20,000 bases of DNA, from the IMG/VR virus record IMGVR_UViG_3300027754_000077, one strand, 5' to 3'. The notes below the pieces were generated by a model. It saw only the letters and a list, made by a program, of their open reading frames with translations. It did no database searches and was not told where the DNA came from. This DNA is from an uncultured virus (IMG/VR IMGVR_UViG_3300027754_000077) (lineage: Duplodnaviria > Heunggongvirae > Uroviricota > Caudoviricetes). Each line of letters starts with the position of its first letter. Positions within the stretch are counted from its first letter, which is position 1. This document shows positions 1 through 7,519 of the stretch, in pieces. The position numbers were made by a program, and so were the translations under genes.

Positions 1-667
1 CATAGCTATTCAAAACCGAAGTAGAGGCACCAACATGTCCAGATCCCCCAGATATAGTTAAGGTCCCTGATGAATATCCATTACTAAAAGTAGTTGCTGA
101 AACTCCAAGTCCAGATGATAGTATTTCTGAAACATTTACCCTTCCTGAAATACCTTGTGATAATCTTATGTATGCGTTAGGGTTAGTGAAAGGAGCCGAG
201 CCATTTACTGAAAAAATAAATCCTGTGGTAAAACTCGCTGGCAAAGAAGCTGAAGAAATAGCCACCCCAGTTACAACACCAGTATCAATATAATGTATGG
301 GGCTTAAGGGCAACTTACCGCAAAAAGGGCATAGATCACAAATCCACATACTTCTATGATTTTTCAAAATACTATGCGCAACACGCGCTGCTTCTAAAAC
401 CACTCTTTCAGAAGTTTCTTTATCATCATTTGAGGAATAAAAAGTGATTCCTATTGAATAGTCGATTTCTCGCAAACCAAAACCAATATCTTTGATATTG
501 CTGGATGTATTTCTTAAAACTACTCCGAGTGGTGAAGGCAAAATCTGCCTATCACCAAAGAACCATTCTTGGATTACTCTATCATAAATTTCTGGATAAC
601 CTTGATAATTTTTAGGAAAGTCTGTATATAAAATTGCCTTCAAAGTATCGTAAATTTTTTCTACCAT
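1..667 (-). CDS. Putative virion protein, possibly tail-completion/terminator-like, with a CxxCxxC motif; truncated by the window edge
   Basis: Open frame from ATG at 667 to the edge (MVEKIYDTLKAILYTDFP...REIDYSIGITFYS...WICDLCPFCGK...). Not in the ORF track. Lies directly downstream of the gp36-like gene. Product is inferred from context. Confidence 0.7.
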   Translation of the reverse strand, partial: MVEKIYDTLKAILYTDFPKNYQGYPEIYDRVIQEWFFGDRQILPSPLGVVLRNTSSNIKDIGFGLREIDYSIGITFYSSNDDKETSERVVLEAARVAHSILKNHRSMWICDLCPFCGKLPLSPIHYIDTGVVTGVAISSASLPASFTTGFIFSVNGSAPFTNPNAYIRLSQGISGRVNVSEILSSGLGVSATTFSNGYSSGTLTISGGSGHVGASTSVLNSY

Positions 668-673
668 TTATTT

Positions 674-1162
674 TTAACCACCCTTACTTCTACCGCCTTC
701 AGCAGGATTTCTTGGTACACCTTGTAGTGGAGATCTTACAAATCTACTGCCCCTAGTGTTTCTATTGCCGTAAATTCTTAGCTCCCCATTTTGTAGTTTA
801 TAAAGTTGATCGTAAGCCCATTTCACTCTATCTTTTATAGCTTCAGACATCTGCCGATCGGCGCCTTGTAGCTTTTGCTCAAAAATTCTAGCGGCAGATA
901 GAATAGCAACAATTTCTAAAATTGGTTTTGGATAGTTAATTTCACCATCGAAATTTACTTTTTTGAGTGGAACATCATATTGTGTTGCTAATGCGCCATC
1001 TACTTCATCAGAAGCTTGTTCAATAAAATAATCCAAATCAATATTAAAAACAGACTCAGGGGTTGGGTTTCTGTAGCTTGGTGATGGATTGTCGCCTTCA
1101 ACAACAATATTTGGTGGCAAATATTTTTTAACATCTTCTTTTGAACAATATAATCTAGCCAT
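674..1162 (-). CDS. Phage head-tail adaptor, Mu gp36/DUF1320-like
   Basis: N-terminal YCSKEDVKKYLP, IEQASDEVDGALATQYDVPL and AYDQLYKLQNGEL match the Mu gp36-like pattern. Confidence 0.7.
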   Translation of the reverse strand: MARLYCSKEDVKKYLPPNIVVEGDNPSPSYRNPTPESVFNIDLDYFIEQASDEVDGALATQYDVPLKKVNFDGEINYPKPILEIVAILSAARIFEQKLQGADRQMSEAIKDRVKWAYDQLYKLQNGELRIYGNRNTRGSRFVRSPLQGVPRNPAEGGRSKGG

Positions 1163-1826
1163 TTTTTCCCTCTATTTTTTCTAAATATTTAGGCACATAA
1201 TCTGAACCTTCTTCCTCGCCAATTAAACCAAAATTAACTAATTTATTTCTTGAAATTTCTGTATACACTGGTATATCTTCAAGCTCTGAACCAGAACGAG
1301 CTGCTGAAGAAATGACCCTCGGATAATCCACGTCTAAATCCTTATATGCCTTAGAATGTGCATTATAAATCTCTATAAAATCTGGTTCATAAGGCGTGGA
1401 TTGCCATCCAGCCACTGACCTTGCTTGACTTTTAGAAAGATCATAAAGCATAACTTTTCCATTTTGTTTTTTGCACAATTGTATAGCTTGTTGAATATTC
1501 AATCCAGGTTTTATGTTCTGTTGAATATTATAAAAAACTGCTTTTACACCATCTGAGCTCAGATAATCTTGACCAGGAATTACTTTTAAATCAATAGCGG
1601 TAGACTCCGCTTGTTTTTTTGCTATGTAACCAGTTTGAACACCAAACCTTGACACAATCCCAATTATATCCAAACCTTTGACAATTGCAGAAGATAGAAT
1701 AGATTTAATTTTAGATTGAATTTCAGATTGATTTGCGGGCTCAAGCTCATCACCAAGATAAACACGTAAATCCATTCTTAGATTGTGTTTTCTTAATGCT
1801 GTTTTTAAAAATCCTGAATACCACAC
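1155..1826 (-). CDS. PHP-fold protein with degenerate metal-binding motifs
   Basis: DLRVYL, GLDIIGIVSR, VIPGQD, DFIEIYN and SSAAR align with the PHP motifs DLHxH, GLDxIAITDH, IPGxE, IEVYN and GSDAH. GTG start. Confidence 0.65.
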   Translation of the reverse strand: MWYSGFLKTALRKHNLRMDLRVYLGDELEPANQSEIQSKIKSILSSAIVKGLDIIGIVSRFGVQTGYIAKKQAESTAIDLKVIPGQDYLSSDGVKAVFYNIQQNIKPGLNIQQAIQLCKKQNGKVMLYDLSKSQARSVAGWQSTPYEPDFIEIYNAHSKAYKDLDVDYPRVISSAARSGSELEDIPVYTEISRNKLVNFGLIGEEEGSDYVPKYLEKIEGKNG

Positions 1827-1860
1827 ATAAATTATTTAAAGAAAAAAAGCTTCAAAGCCT

Positions 1861-2472
1861 TTAATTTCTTTTATTTCCGCATCCACCACAAAAGTTATCT
1901 GTTTCTAAATATTGTGAACCACAATTTCTGCAAAATAAGTCTTTAATAGATTTAGTGCTTGTTTCTATAATTTTTCTTTCACTCACTGGAGCATCAGGAA
2001 TGAAAACATTTTGTGAAATTGCTTTTCCATTAAAAGTTTCTGGTTCAATTACGTTTTGAGGTAAAATTTGCCCGTTTTTATCCACTCTTAAAGCTAAATC
2101 AACTTTAGCTGGTCTATAACCTAAATGTTGATTAAGATTTTTTATCACTTCCTCTTCTGTAAGATCGTCCAAACTCGTGTTCCAAGTATCTTGTTCTATT
2201 TCTTCTTCATGACTGTCAATAATATTTTCTGAATCTTGCTTCTCATTTTCAGAATTTTGTGATAAATTCATGGCTTCACCAAGTTTATCCAAACTTTTTT
2301 TGAGTTGTTCTGAAGAATTATAAAACACTGCACCAAGACCGAGAATTGATCCATCAATACTTCCAGTGGGATCTGTTGCTTTTTTTGATGTGCCAGTTAT
2401 TCCTGTGGCACCTTTCTGAAAATTTGTGATTTTATCTTTTGCAAAAGATATTCGAGATGATTTATTTTCCAT
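1861..2472 (-). CDS. Hypothetical protein with C-terminal zinc ribbon
   Basis: 203-aa ORF ending FCRNCGSQYLETDNFCGGCG. Confidence 0.75.
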   Translation of the reverse strand: MENKSSRISFAKDKITNFQKGATGITGTSKKATDPTGSIDGSILGLGAVFYNSSEQLKKSLDKLGEAMNLSQNSENEKQDSENIIDSHEEEIEQDTWNTSLDDLTEEEVIKNLNQHLGYRPAKVDLALRVDKNGQILPQNVIEPETFNGKAISQNVFIPDAPVSERKIIETSTKSIKDLFCRNCGSQYLETDNFCGGCGNKRN

Positions 2473-2475
2473 ACA

Positions 2476-2808
2476 TTAAAATTGTGTAAACTGGTAACCC
2501 TTGATTTCTAAGTCTTTTTCTGTTGCGTCCATTTGTTTTAATACAGGCAAAAGTTTATTCATAATTTCTAATTCCCCCCAAGAAGGTGGCACATCAACTG
2601 TGAATGTTATTTTATGTGTTTTTTTCTGCTCAGATTGTGTTGAAGGGTTTGCGAAATTTTTAATGTTTGGATTTAATCCAAGATTTTCTGTTGAGTTGTT
2701 TGCGATAGATTGTGATAAATCTTGTGCAATTTTATTTAATTCACTCGATAAATCAGGTCGAGAGTGTTGAATAAGTGAAGCAGCTTTAAATAATTTTGAA
2801 AAAACCAT
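2476..2808 (-). CDS. Hypothetical protein
   Basis: 110-aa ORF, first gene of the minus-strand run, with AGG at -33. Confidence 0.7.
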   Translation of the reverse strand: MVFSKLFKAASLIQHSRPDLSSELNKIAQDLSQSIANNSTENLGLNPNIKNFANPSTQSEQKKTHKITFTVDVPPSWGELEIMNKLLPVLKQMDATEKDLEIKGYQFTQF

Positions 2809-3030
2809 ATTTATATTTTACAAGAAAGAAAAAAAAATCCTTAAAAAAAATGACCTTCACTAATTAGGAAAAGAATATATTAATTAATCTTAATTAATCT
2901 AAATTAGAACTAAGGAAAAAAAAATATGTATAATAAAATAGAGAATGCCGTCAGTGTAAGGAAAAGGGCGTAAATATTCTCACACAATCTTAATTGAAGG
3001 TTAAAAACAATTTTTAAACAAAAATAAAAT

Positions 3031-3231
3031 ATGATTAGAGCTTACAACAAAATATTGAATATTGTAAATGACAATTTTAATATTGCTCTATCTGAAGATC
3101 ATGGAGATTGTGATGATAGGATTTCAAAAAATCTTATTGAAGAAGCAAAAATACATTGTATCGTTGATGTTTTAATTGAACATGGTTATGTTGATTCAAA
3201 TCATAGAATTTTTCCAGATTTTACTTCGTAA
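3031..3231 (+). CDS. Small acidic hypothetical protein
   Basis: 66-aa ORF with AGG at -33 (2998), ending 9 nt before the RNase gene. Confidence 0.6.
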   Translation: MIRAYNKILNIVNDNFNIALSEDHGDCDDRISKNLIEEAKIHCIVDVLIEHGYVDSNHRIFPDFTS

Positions 3232-3240
3232 AGGATAAAA

Positions 3241-3657
3241 ATGAAAATAACTAAAACAATATTGAATTTAACTGCTTTTTTTGCTGTTTTTTCTTCTTCT
3301 TATTCACAAGCTACTTTTGGCAGACCACATATAAACTCTGTTATCGGACGAGTGAATGTTTTACCAAATGTAAGAGTGATTGATTTTGGAAGGTTGATAT
3401 ACCAAGGTAGAATGGATGTCAATCCTACGGTAGAAAGAATTAGATTGGGTAAAAAATTAAACCACAATAATGATGGTACATTTTTTTCTAATTCCCTACG
3501 TAAACTTCCAGTAAGCACAGATGTTCAATATTATAGAGAATTTGTCCATCAAATGAACGGTTTTCCTTTCCCAGGCTCACAAAGAGTGGTAATTGGAAAA
3601 AAAGGTGAAGTTTTTTATACAGGTGATCATTATTCAACTTTTTTTAGAGTAAGGTAA
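3241..3657 (+). CDS. Secreted microbial ribonuclease (barnase/RNase Sa family)
   Basis: Signal peptide (MKITK...AFFAVFSSSYSQA); motifs FSNSLRKLP, YYREF, GSQRVV and FYTGDHYSTF keep the catalytic Glu/Arg/His. SD-like AAGGA upstream. Confidence 0.85.
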   Translation: MKITKTILNLTAFFAVFSSSYSQATFGRPHINSVIGRVNVLPNVRVIDFGRLIYQGRMDVNPTVERIRLGKKLNHNNDGTFFSNSLRKLPVSTDVQYYREFVHQMNGFPFPGSQRVVIGKKGEVFYTGDHYSTFFRVR

Positions 3658-3676
3658 AATTGTGTATAAATAGTAC

Positions 3677-4684
3677 ATGAGTGAAATTGCATCTGAGAAT
3701 AAATTAGTTGAAAAAACACAGTCTGAAAAAGCTATTTCAAAAAAAAATGAAGTGGATGATGAGCCAGAAAAAAGAATTATTTACTTAGCATCTGAATTAC
3801 CTGGGGTCCCAGAAGTAATAGATCTTATTAATTACGATACATCCCCACCTTACATTTCTATTTTTGAGGATAAAGAAGGATTTTTGGAAGCTGATGCTAG
3901 TCTTATTTATCAGGATGAGCGCAAAACACAACGCTTGCGTCCATTATCAGGCTCAAGCTTAGATTCGAAAATACCTAAGGAAAAGGATAAAACAACATTT
4001 CGAGAAAGATTATTACATAAAAAAAGTTCATTTCTGTCTAGAGCAATTTTTTTGATTAATCTTTTCTTTTTGAAAGAAAAATACTCAAATTTTTTCACGA
4101 ATTTTAATTGGGGAATAGCCCCACAGCTAATGCCAGAAGATGTTTTTCAAGCAAAAGTTTTGAACTTGACTAAGTTTAATCGCAATAAATTGATGAAAAA
4201 GCATGGCATCAGTGAAGCAGAACTCAATTTTATTGCTTTTGCTAGGTTTCGTTATCCGTTTATAACAAGAGGTGAAGAAGAGTGGACAGAAATTGAAAAA
4301 AACGCCTTAGCATTCATTAAAAGAGGCTGGATATCAGAAGACATTAGGGGTAATTTCAAAATAAATGTTGGAAATGTTTACGAATTCAGAGATAGCATTA
4401 TTTTTTCTGAGCAATTTAAAGACATTATTTTCAAAAAAGTTTTTAAATCAAAGACTTTGCATAAGATTTTGAGGAAGATTGAAAGAAGTGCGAAAACTCA
4501 AGTTCACATTTATAATATCTCTCAAATTAGCAAACTTCCTTTCACACAATTCGGGAATAGCAATAGCTCTACACATTCTATTGTTGGTAAAAATGACTTA
4601 GAGGTGAGCAATTCAATCAAAAAAGAACCTATTTGTTTCACGAAAGATAGAATTTTAAAAGTAAAAAAAACTGAAACTTTTTAA
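3677..4684 (+). CDS. Hypothetical protein
   Basis: 335-aa ORF preceded by GTGTATAAAT-N5-ATG; no family recognised. Confidence 0.7.
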   Translation: MSEIASENKLVEKTQSEKAISKKNEVDDEPEKRIIYLASELPGVPEVIDLINYDTSPPYISIFEDKEGFLEADASLIYQDERKTQRLRPLSGSSLDSKIPKEKDKTTFRERLLHKKSSFLSRAIFLINLFFLKEKYSNFFTNFNWGIAPQLMPEDVFQAKVLNLTKFNRNKLMKKHGISEAELNFIAFARFRYPFITRGEEEWTEIEKNALAFIKRGWISEDIRGNFKINVGNVYEFRDSIIFSEQFKDIIFKKVFKSKTLHKILRKIERSAKTQVHIYNISQISKLPFTQFGNSNSSTHSIVGKNDLEVSNSIKKEPICFTKDRILKVKKTETF

Positions 4685-4731
4685 AAGGTAATTACGTCTT
4701 ATAATCATAATATTTAAAAAAGGAAACTAAA

Positions 4732-4785
4732 ATGACAAATTCGCTACGACATCTCTATCCAGCCTACGCACCCTCATCGGGGTAG
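4732..4785 (+). CDS. Leader peptide of tRNA array 1 (MTNSLRHLYPAYAPSSG*)
   Basis: AAGGAAA SD-like site, ATG 4732, TAG 4783-4785, ending 27 nt before an intrinsic terminator. Confidence 0.75.
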   Translation: MTNSLRHLYPAYAPSSG

Positions 4786-4822
4786 TGGCTAGTCGCGTAT
4801 TTGACAAGCTACAAACCCCCGA
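4777..4822 (+). promoter_or_regulatory. Antiterminator hairpin of attenuator 1
   Basis: TCGGGG (4777) pairs with CCCCGA (4817-4822, terminator 5' arm); GTGGCTAGTC pairs with GACAAGCTAC. Confidence 0.7.
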
Positions 4823-4849
4823 AGGACAAAAACTTTCGGGGGTTTTTTT
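4813..4849 (+). terminator. Intrinsic terminator (attenuator) upstream of tRNA array 1
   Basis: AAACCCCCGAAGG-acaaaaa-CTTTCGGGGGTTT followed by a T run. Confidence 0.9.
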
Positions 4850-4853
4850 ATTA

Positions 4854-4873
4854 TGAACATTGACAATTAAATA
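4854..4873 (+). promoter_or_regulatory. boxA-like antitermination element
   Basis: TGAACATTGACAATTAAATA, 17/20 identical to 9488-9507, and similar to rrn boxA TGCTCTTTAACA. Confidence 0.5.
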
Positions 4874-4965
4874 TCGTGGTGGTACCAAGGTTGAATTAAA
4901 CTCTCTCTAAGTGGTGACCCGTAAGTGGATGACTAAGGACGCCCTTCATCCAGCCGAAAATTCAT

Positions 4966-5044
4966 CTACATGTTGAGGAGTTTGGCTTACCTCGCAATCC
5001 TTGGGAGATTGAGTACGCTGGTTCAAATCCAGCCATGTAGACCA
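4966..5044 (+). tRNA. trnP: tRNA-Pro(UGG)
   Basis: Acceptor CTACATG/CATGTAG, anticodon arm CAATC-CTTGGGA-GATTG, TTCAAAT T-loop, encoded CCA. Confidence 0.9.
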
Positions 5045-5049
5045 AGTTT

Positions 5050-5134
5050 GGGGATATCGCATAGCGGCAATTGCAGAAGACTGTAAATCTTCTATCGAAA
5101 GATTTCGTAGGTTCGAGTCCTACTGTCCCCACCA
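5050..5134 (+). tRNA. trnY: tRNA-Tyr(GUA)
   Basis: GAAGA-CTGTAAA-TCTTC, long variable arm, CCA. Confidence 0.95.
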
Positions 5135-5141
5135 AATTTTC

Positions 5142-5220
5142 GTGAAATGGGACTGCTGGGGGTGGTCGCCAAGCTTGCACCTTGGATATCAGGTGGGTTC
5201 GAATCCCACATTTTACACCA
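5142..5220 (+). tRNA. trnA: tRNA-Ala(UGC)
   Basis: CCAAG-CTTGCAC-CTTGG, G3:U70 pair, A73, CCA; atypical G8 and D-arm. Confidence 0.88.
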
Positions 5221-5224
5221 TAAT

Positions 5225-5307
5225 ACCGAAGTGGCGTAATGTAGCCGCGATAGTCTTAGAAACTATTGTCTTTTGACGTGTGGGTTCAAATCCCACCTTC
5301 GGTACCA
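5225..5307 (+). tRNA. trnL: tRNA-Leu(UAG)
   Basis: ATAGT-CTTAGAA-ACTAT, long variable arm, ACCGAAG/CTTCGGT acceptor, CCA. Confidence 0.93.
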
Positions 5308-5310
5308 CAT

Positions 5311-5387
5311 AAGTGAGTAGCTTAAATGGTAGAGCTCTTTGGTTGTGACCCAGAGGCGCGTGGGTTCAAATCCCACCTCACTGACCA
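5311..5387 (+). tRNA. trnH: tRNA-His(GUG), atypical acceptor end
   Basis: TTTGG-TTGTGAC-CCAGA anticodon arm; A1:G72 mismatch, A73, no encoded G-1. Confidence 0.85.
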
Positions 5388-5701
5388 TTTTTTAAATCAT
5401 AAAATATTCTTGGAACATATTTAAAGTTCATGAAATTCATTTGTTGTGTATTTTTTTCTTCATTAAATAAAGGCTCTTCAATAACTGCTGGTGGTTCAGG
5501 TATAGGTGGCTTTATAAGCGCAGGCTCGTTAGCAGGCGAATTTTGTTTTTGGTTATATTCTCTTCCTAAAATTTTACAGGTTTCACAAGTGTTTCCAGTA
5601 AATTGCCAGATTGTGTTCCCCCCTGGCATTTGTTCAATGTAGCATTTGCAACCTTCATGTACCGGAGGTAGAATTTTTTTTTGAGAATATCTATACCACA
5701 C
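5378..5701 (-). CDS. Small Cys/His protein with MuF-like (PPxHxxCxC) motif
   Basis: PPVHEGCKC...W...TCETC; GTG start MWY; AGG at -34. Confidence 0.7.
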   Translation of the reverse strand: MWYRYSQKKILPPVHEGCKCYIEQMPGGNTIWQFTGNTCETCKILGREYNQKQNSPANEPALIKPPIPEPPAVIEEPLFNEEKNTQQMNFMNFKYVPRIFYDLKNGQ

Positions 5702-5736
5702 AATCTGAATTTACTAATTTTTTATTGGATATCCTG

Positions 5737-7449
5737 CTAAGTTGAGGGTCTATACCACGGGAATAAGGTCCCCAACTGTTTTTTAATCTTATCTGATATA
5801 TTTGGATTAATTTCAAGACTATAAGGATTTATGCGACCAAATTCTGCAAATTCTTTGATGAATCTTTCAGACAATTTTTGGTTACGTGAAATCACAGTCC
5901 AATCCACACGGTCTGCAAAATCTTTGATCAAATCCTCAGACAATTTTTGGTGCCATGAAATTTCCTTCCAATTCACACGGTCTGCAAATTCTATGATGAA
6001 ATCCTCAGACAATTTTTGTTTAGCTGAAATACTCCACCAATCCACACGGTTTTTAAATTCTCTGATGAATTCTTCAGATAGTGGTTGTTTACGTGAAATT
6101 TCATTCCAATCCACGCGGTCTGCAAATGTTCTAATTACTTTTTCAGGTATTGGATAATTCTTCAAGACTTTATCCATGTCTAAACTGTCTTCGAAATCTA
6201 AAATAAAATCTCCAGATAGTGTTTGGTATTGTGAAATTATGTCCCAATCCAAACTGTCTGCAAATTCACGAATGAATTCTTCAGACAATAGTGGGCGGCT
6301 TGAAATCAAATCCCAAGCTACACGATCTGCACTTAATCCCTTACTAAACAAGTATCTCAGCATTTCTTCTGGTGCGTTAACATAATAAAAATTATAATTA
6401 TTTATACCTTTTTCATTTATGATTTCATCAATTAATTCAAAATCTCCAGATCTCAAAGCATAGTCTTTTACACGCCAATCATCATTCCCAAGATGTTTTT
6501 TAATCTCTTCTATTGCAATGTTTCTTCTTCTGTTATAAGTGGCTCTGTATTGATTATTGCCAAAAAGCATAGCTTTTTGGCTTGGAGGGATACTAATTCC
6601 TGTATTAAGATATTGTTCAATCAAAAAATCAGCTGTATTATTTGATGTCACAGATTGTAAATTAATAATAGACTCTAATTGTTGATCAGTTAAAAGATGC
6701 CCCCTGCCTATATATTTAGATTTATATTCTGCTGGCAACTCTTCAAACCAATTTGGTGTAACATTTCTTTTTCCTAATAATTCATTTTCTTTTCTTTCTT
6801 CTTCTGTTACGGGTTTATTTACAAATATTGATGTATCTACACCATTTTGTCTAAGATAATCAAAATAAGTTTCATAATCATTGCCAAACTCAGCTATTGT
6901 CCCAGTTTGATTATTTTTGTCAGTAAGTTTTACGATACCTTTTGCTTGCATATCAACCATCACTCTTGATAATGGATCTTCTGGTGGTCTTGTCCCATCA
7001 CTTACATAGTAAAAAGTGGATTGGTAATTATCCCTGTAGGATTGAAACATTGTATTTCCAGGTTGTGATATACACCATGATGTTCCTGCACCATATCTAA
7101 TTGTATCGTTAACACTATTACAAGCAAATACTTGTATCTCTCCAGGTGTAAAATTAATTTTTTCTTTAGTTAATTCTTTTTGTTCTTTTTTTTGTTTTAA
7201 AAAAATCAATTCAGTATAAAGAGCGTCCACTGCTTCGGTAAATTCAAGAAAATCTGTGTAAAATTTATTATCGAACATCACTCCATCTTTTCTTAATTCT
7301 ATAATTGGAAGTTTATTTGCTTTATCAAGCTCATTTAGTCTCTCACTAAGTTGGGAAGTATTGTGCCCTTGATTACTGAAATAATCTGCAATCTTCCTTA
7401 TTATATGTTCTTTGCCAGCTATAATTATTTTTGCAAATCTATACCACAC
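5737..7449 (-). CDS. Tryptophan-repeat protein, paralog A
   Basis: 570 aa; N-terminal GAGTSWCIS domain and C-terminal 23-aa repeats (LSEEFIREFxDRVDWxxISxxQ). Confidence 0.9.
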   Translation of the reverse strand: MWYRFAKIIIAGKEHIIRKIADYFSNQGHNTSQLSERLNELDKANKLPIIELRKDGVMFDNKFYTDFLEFTEAVDALYTELIFLKQKKEQKELTKEKINFTPGEIQVFACNSVNDTIRYGAGTSWCISQPGNTMFQSYRDNYQSTFYYVSDGTRPPEDPLSRVMVDMQAKGIVKLTDKNNQTGTIAEFGNDYETYFDYLRQNGVDTSIFVNKPVTEEERKENELLGKRNVTPNWFEELPAEYKSKYIGRGHLLTDQQLESIINLQSVTSNNTADFLIEQYLNTGISIPPSQKAMLFGNNQYRATYNRRRNIAIEEIKKHLGNDDWRVKDYALRSGDFELIDEIINEKGINNYNFYYVNAPEEMLRYLFSKGLSADRVAWDLISSRPLLSEEFIREFADSLDWDIISQYQTLSGDFILDFEDSLDMDKVLKNYPIPEKVIRTFADRVDWNEISRKQPLSEEFIREFKNRVDWWSISAKQKLSEDFIIEFADRVNWKEISWHQKLSEDLIKDFADRVDWTVISRNQKLSERFIKEFAEFGRINPYSLEINPNISDKIKKQLGTLFPWYRPST

Positions 7450-7519
7450 AATCTGAATTTCCTAAATTTGTATCGGATATCCTGCTGCTTTCAGATTGTG
7501 TTTGGTTTGGTCTGAGATG

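Noticed and set aside
2860..2975. TAATTAATCT tandem repeat and a small GC hairpin in the divergent intergenic region as an origin or ncRNA
   Set aside because: Too short and AT-rich to separate from chance.
3031..3231. Barstar inhibitor call
   Set aside because: It has no barstar motif (YGxNLDALWD) and is kept as hypothetical.
4900..4915. CTCTAA resembling an amber-suppressor or Pyl anticodon loop
   Set aside because: There is no flanking anticodon stem, T-arm or acceptor stem.
4875..4960. Pistol/hammerhead ribozyme or T-box riboswitch
   Set aside because: Only short partial matches. The core CUGAUGA and pseudoknot are missing, and the T-box-like word lies downstream of the terminator with no stem I.
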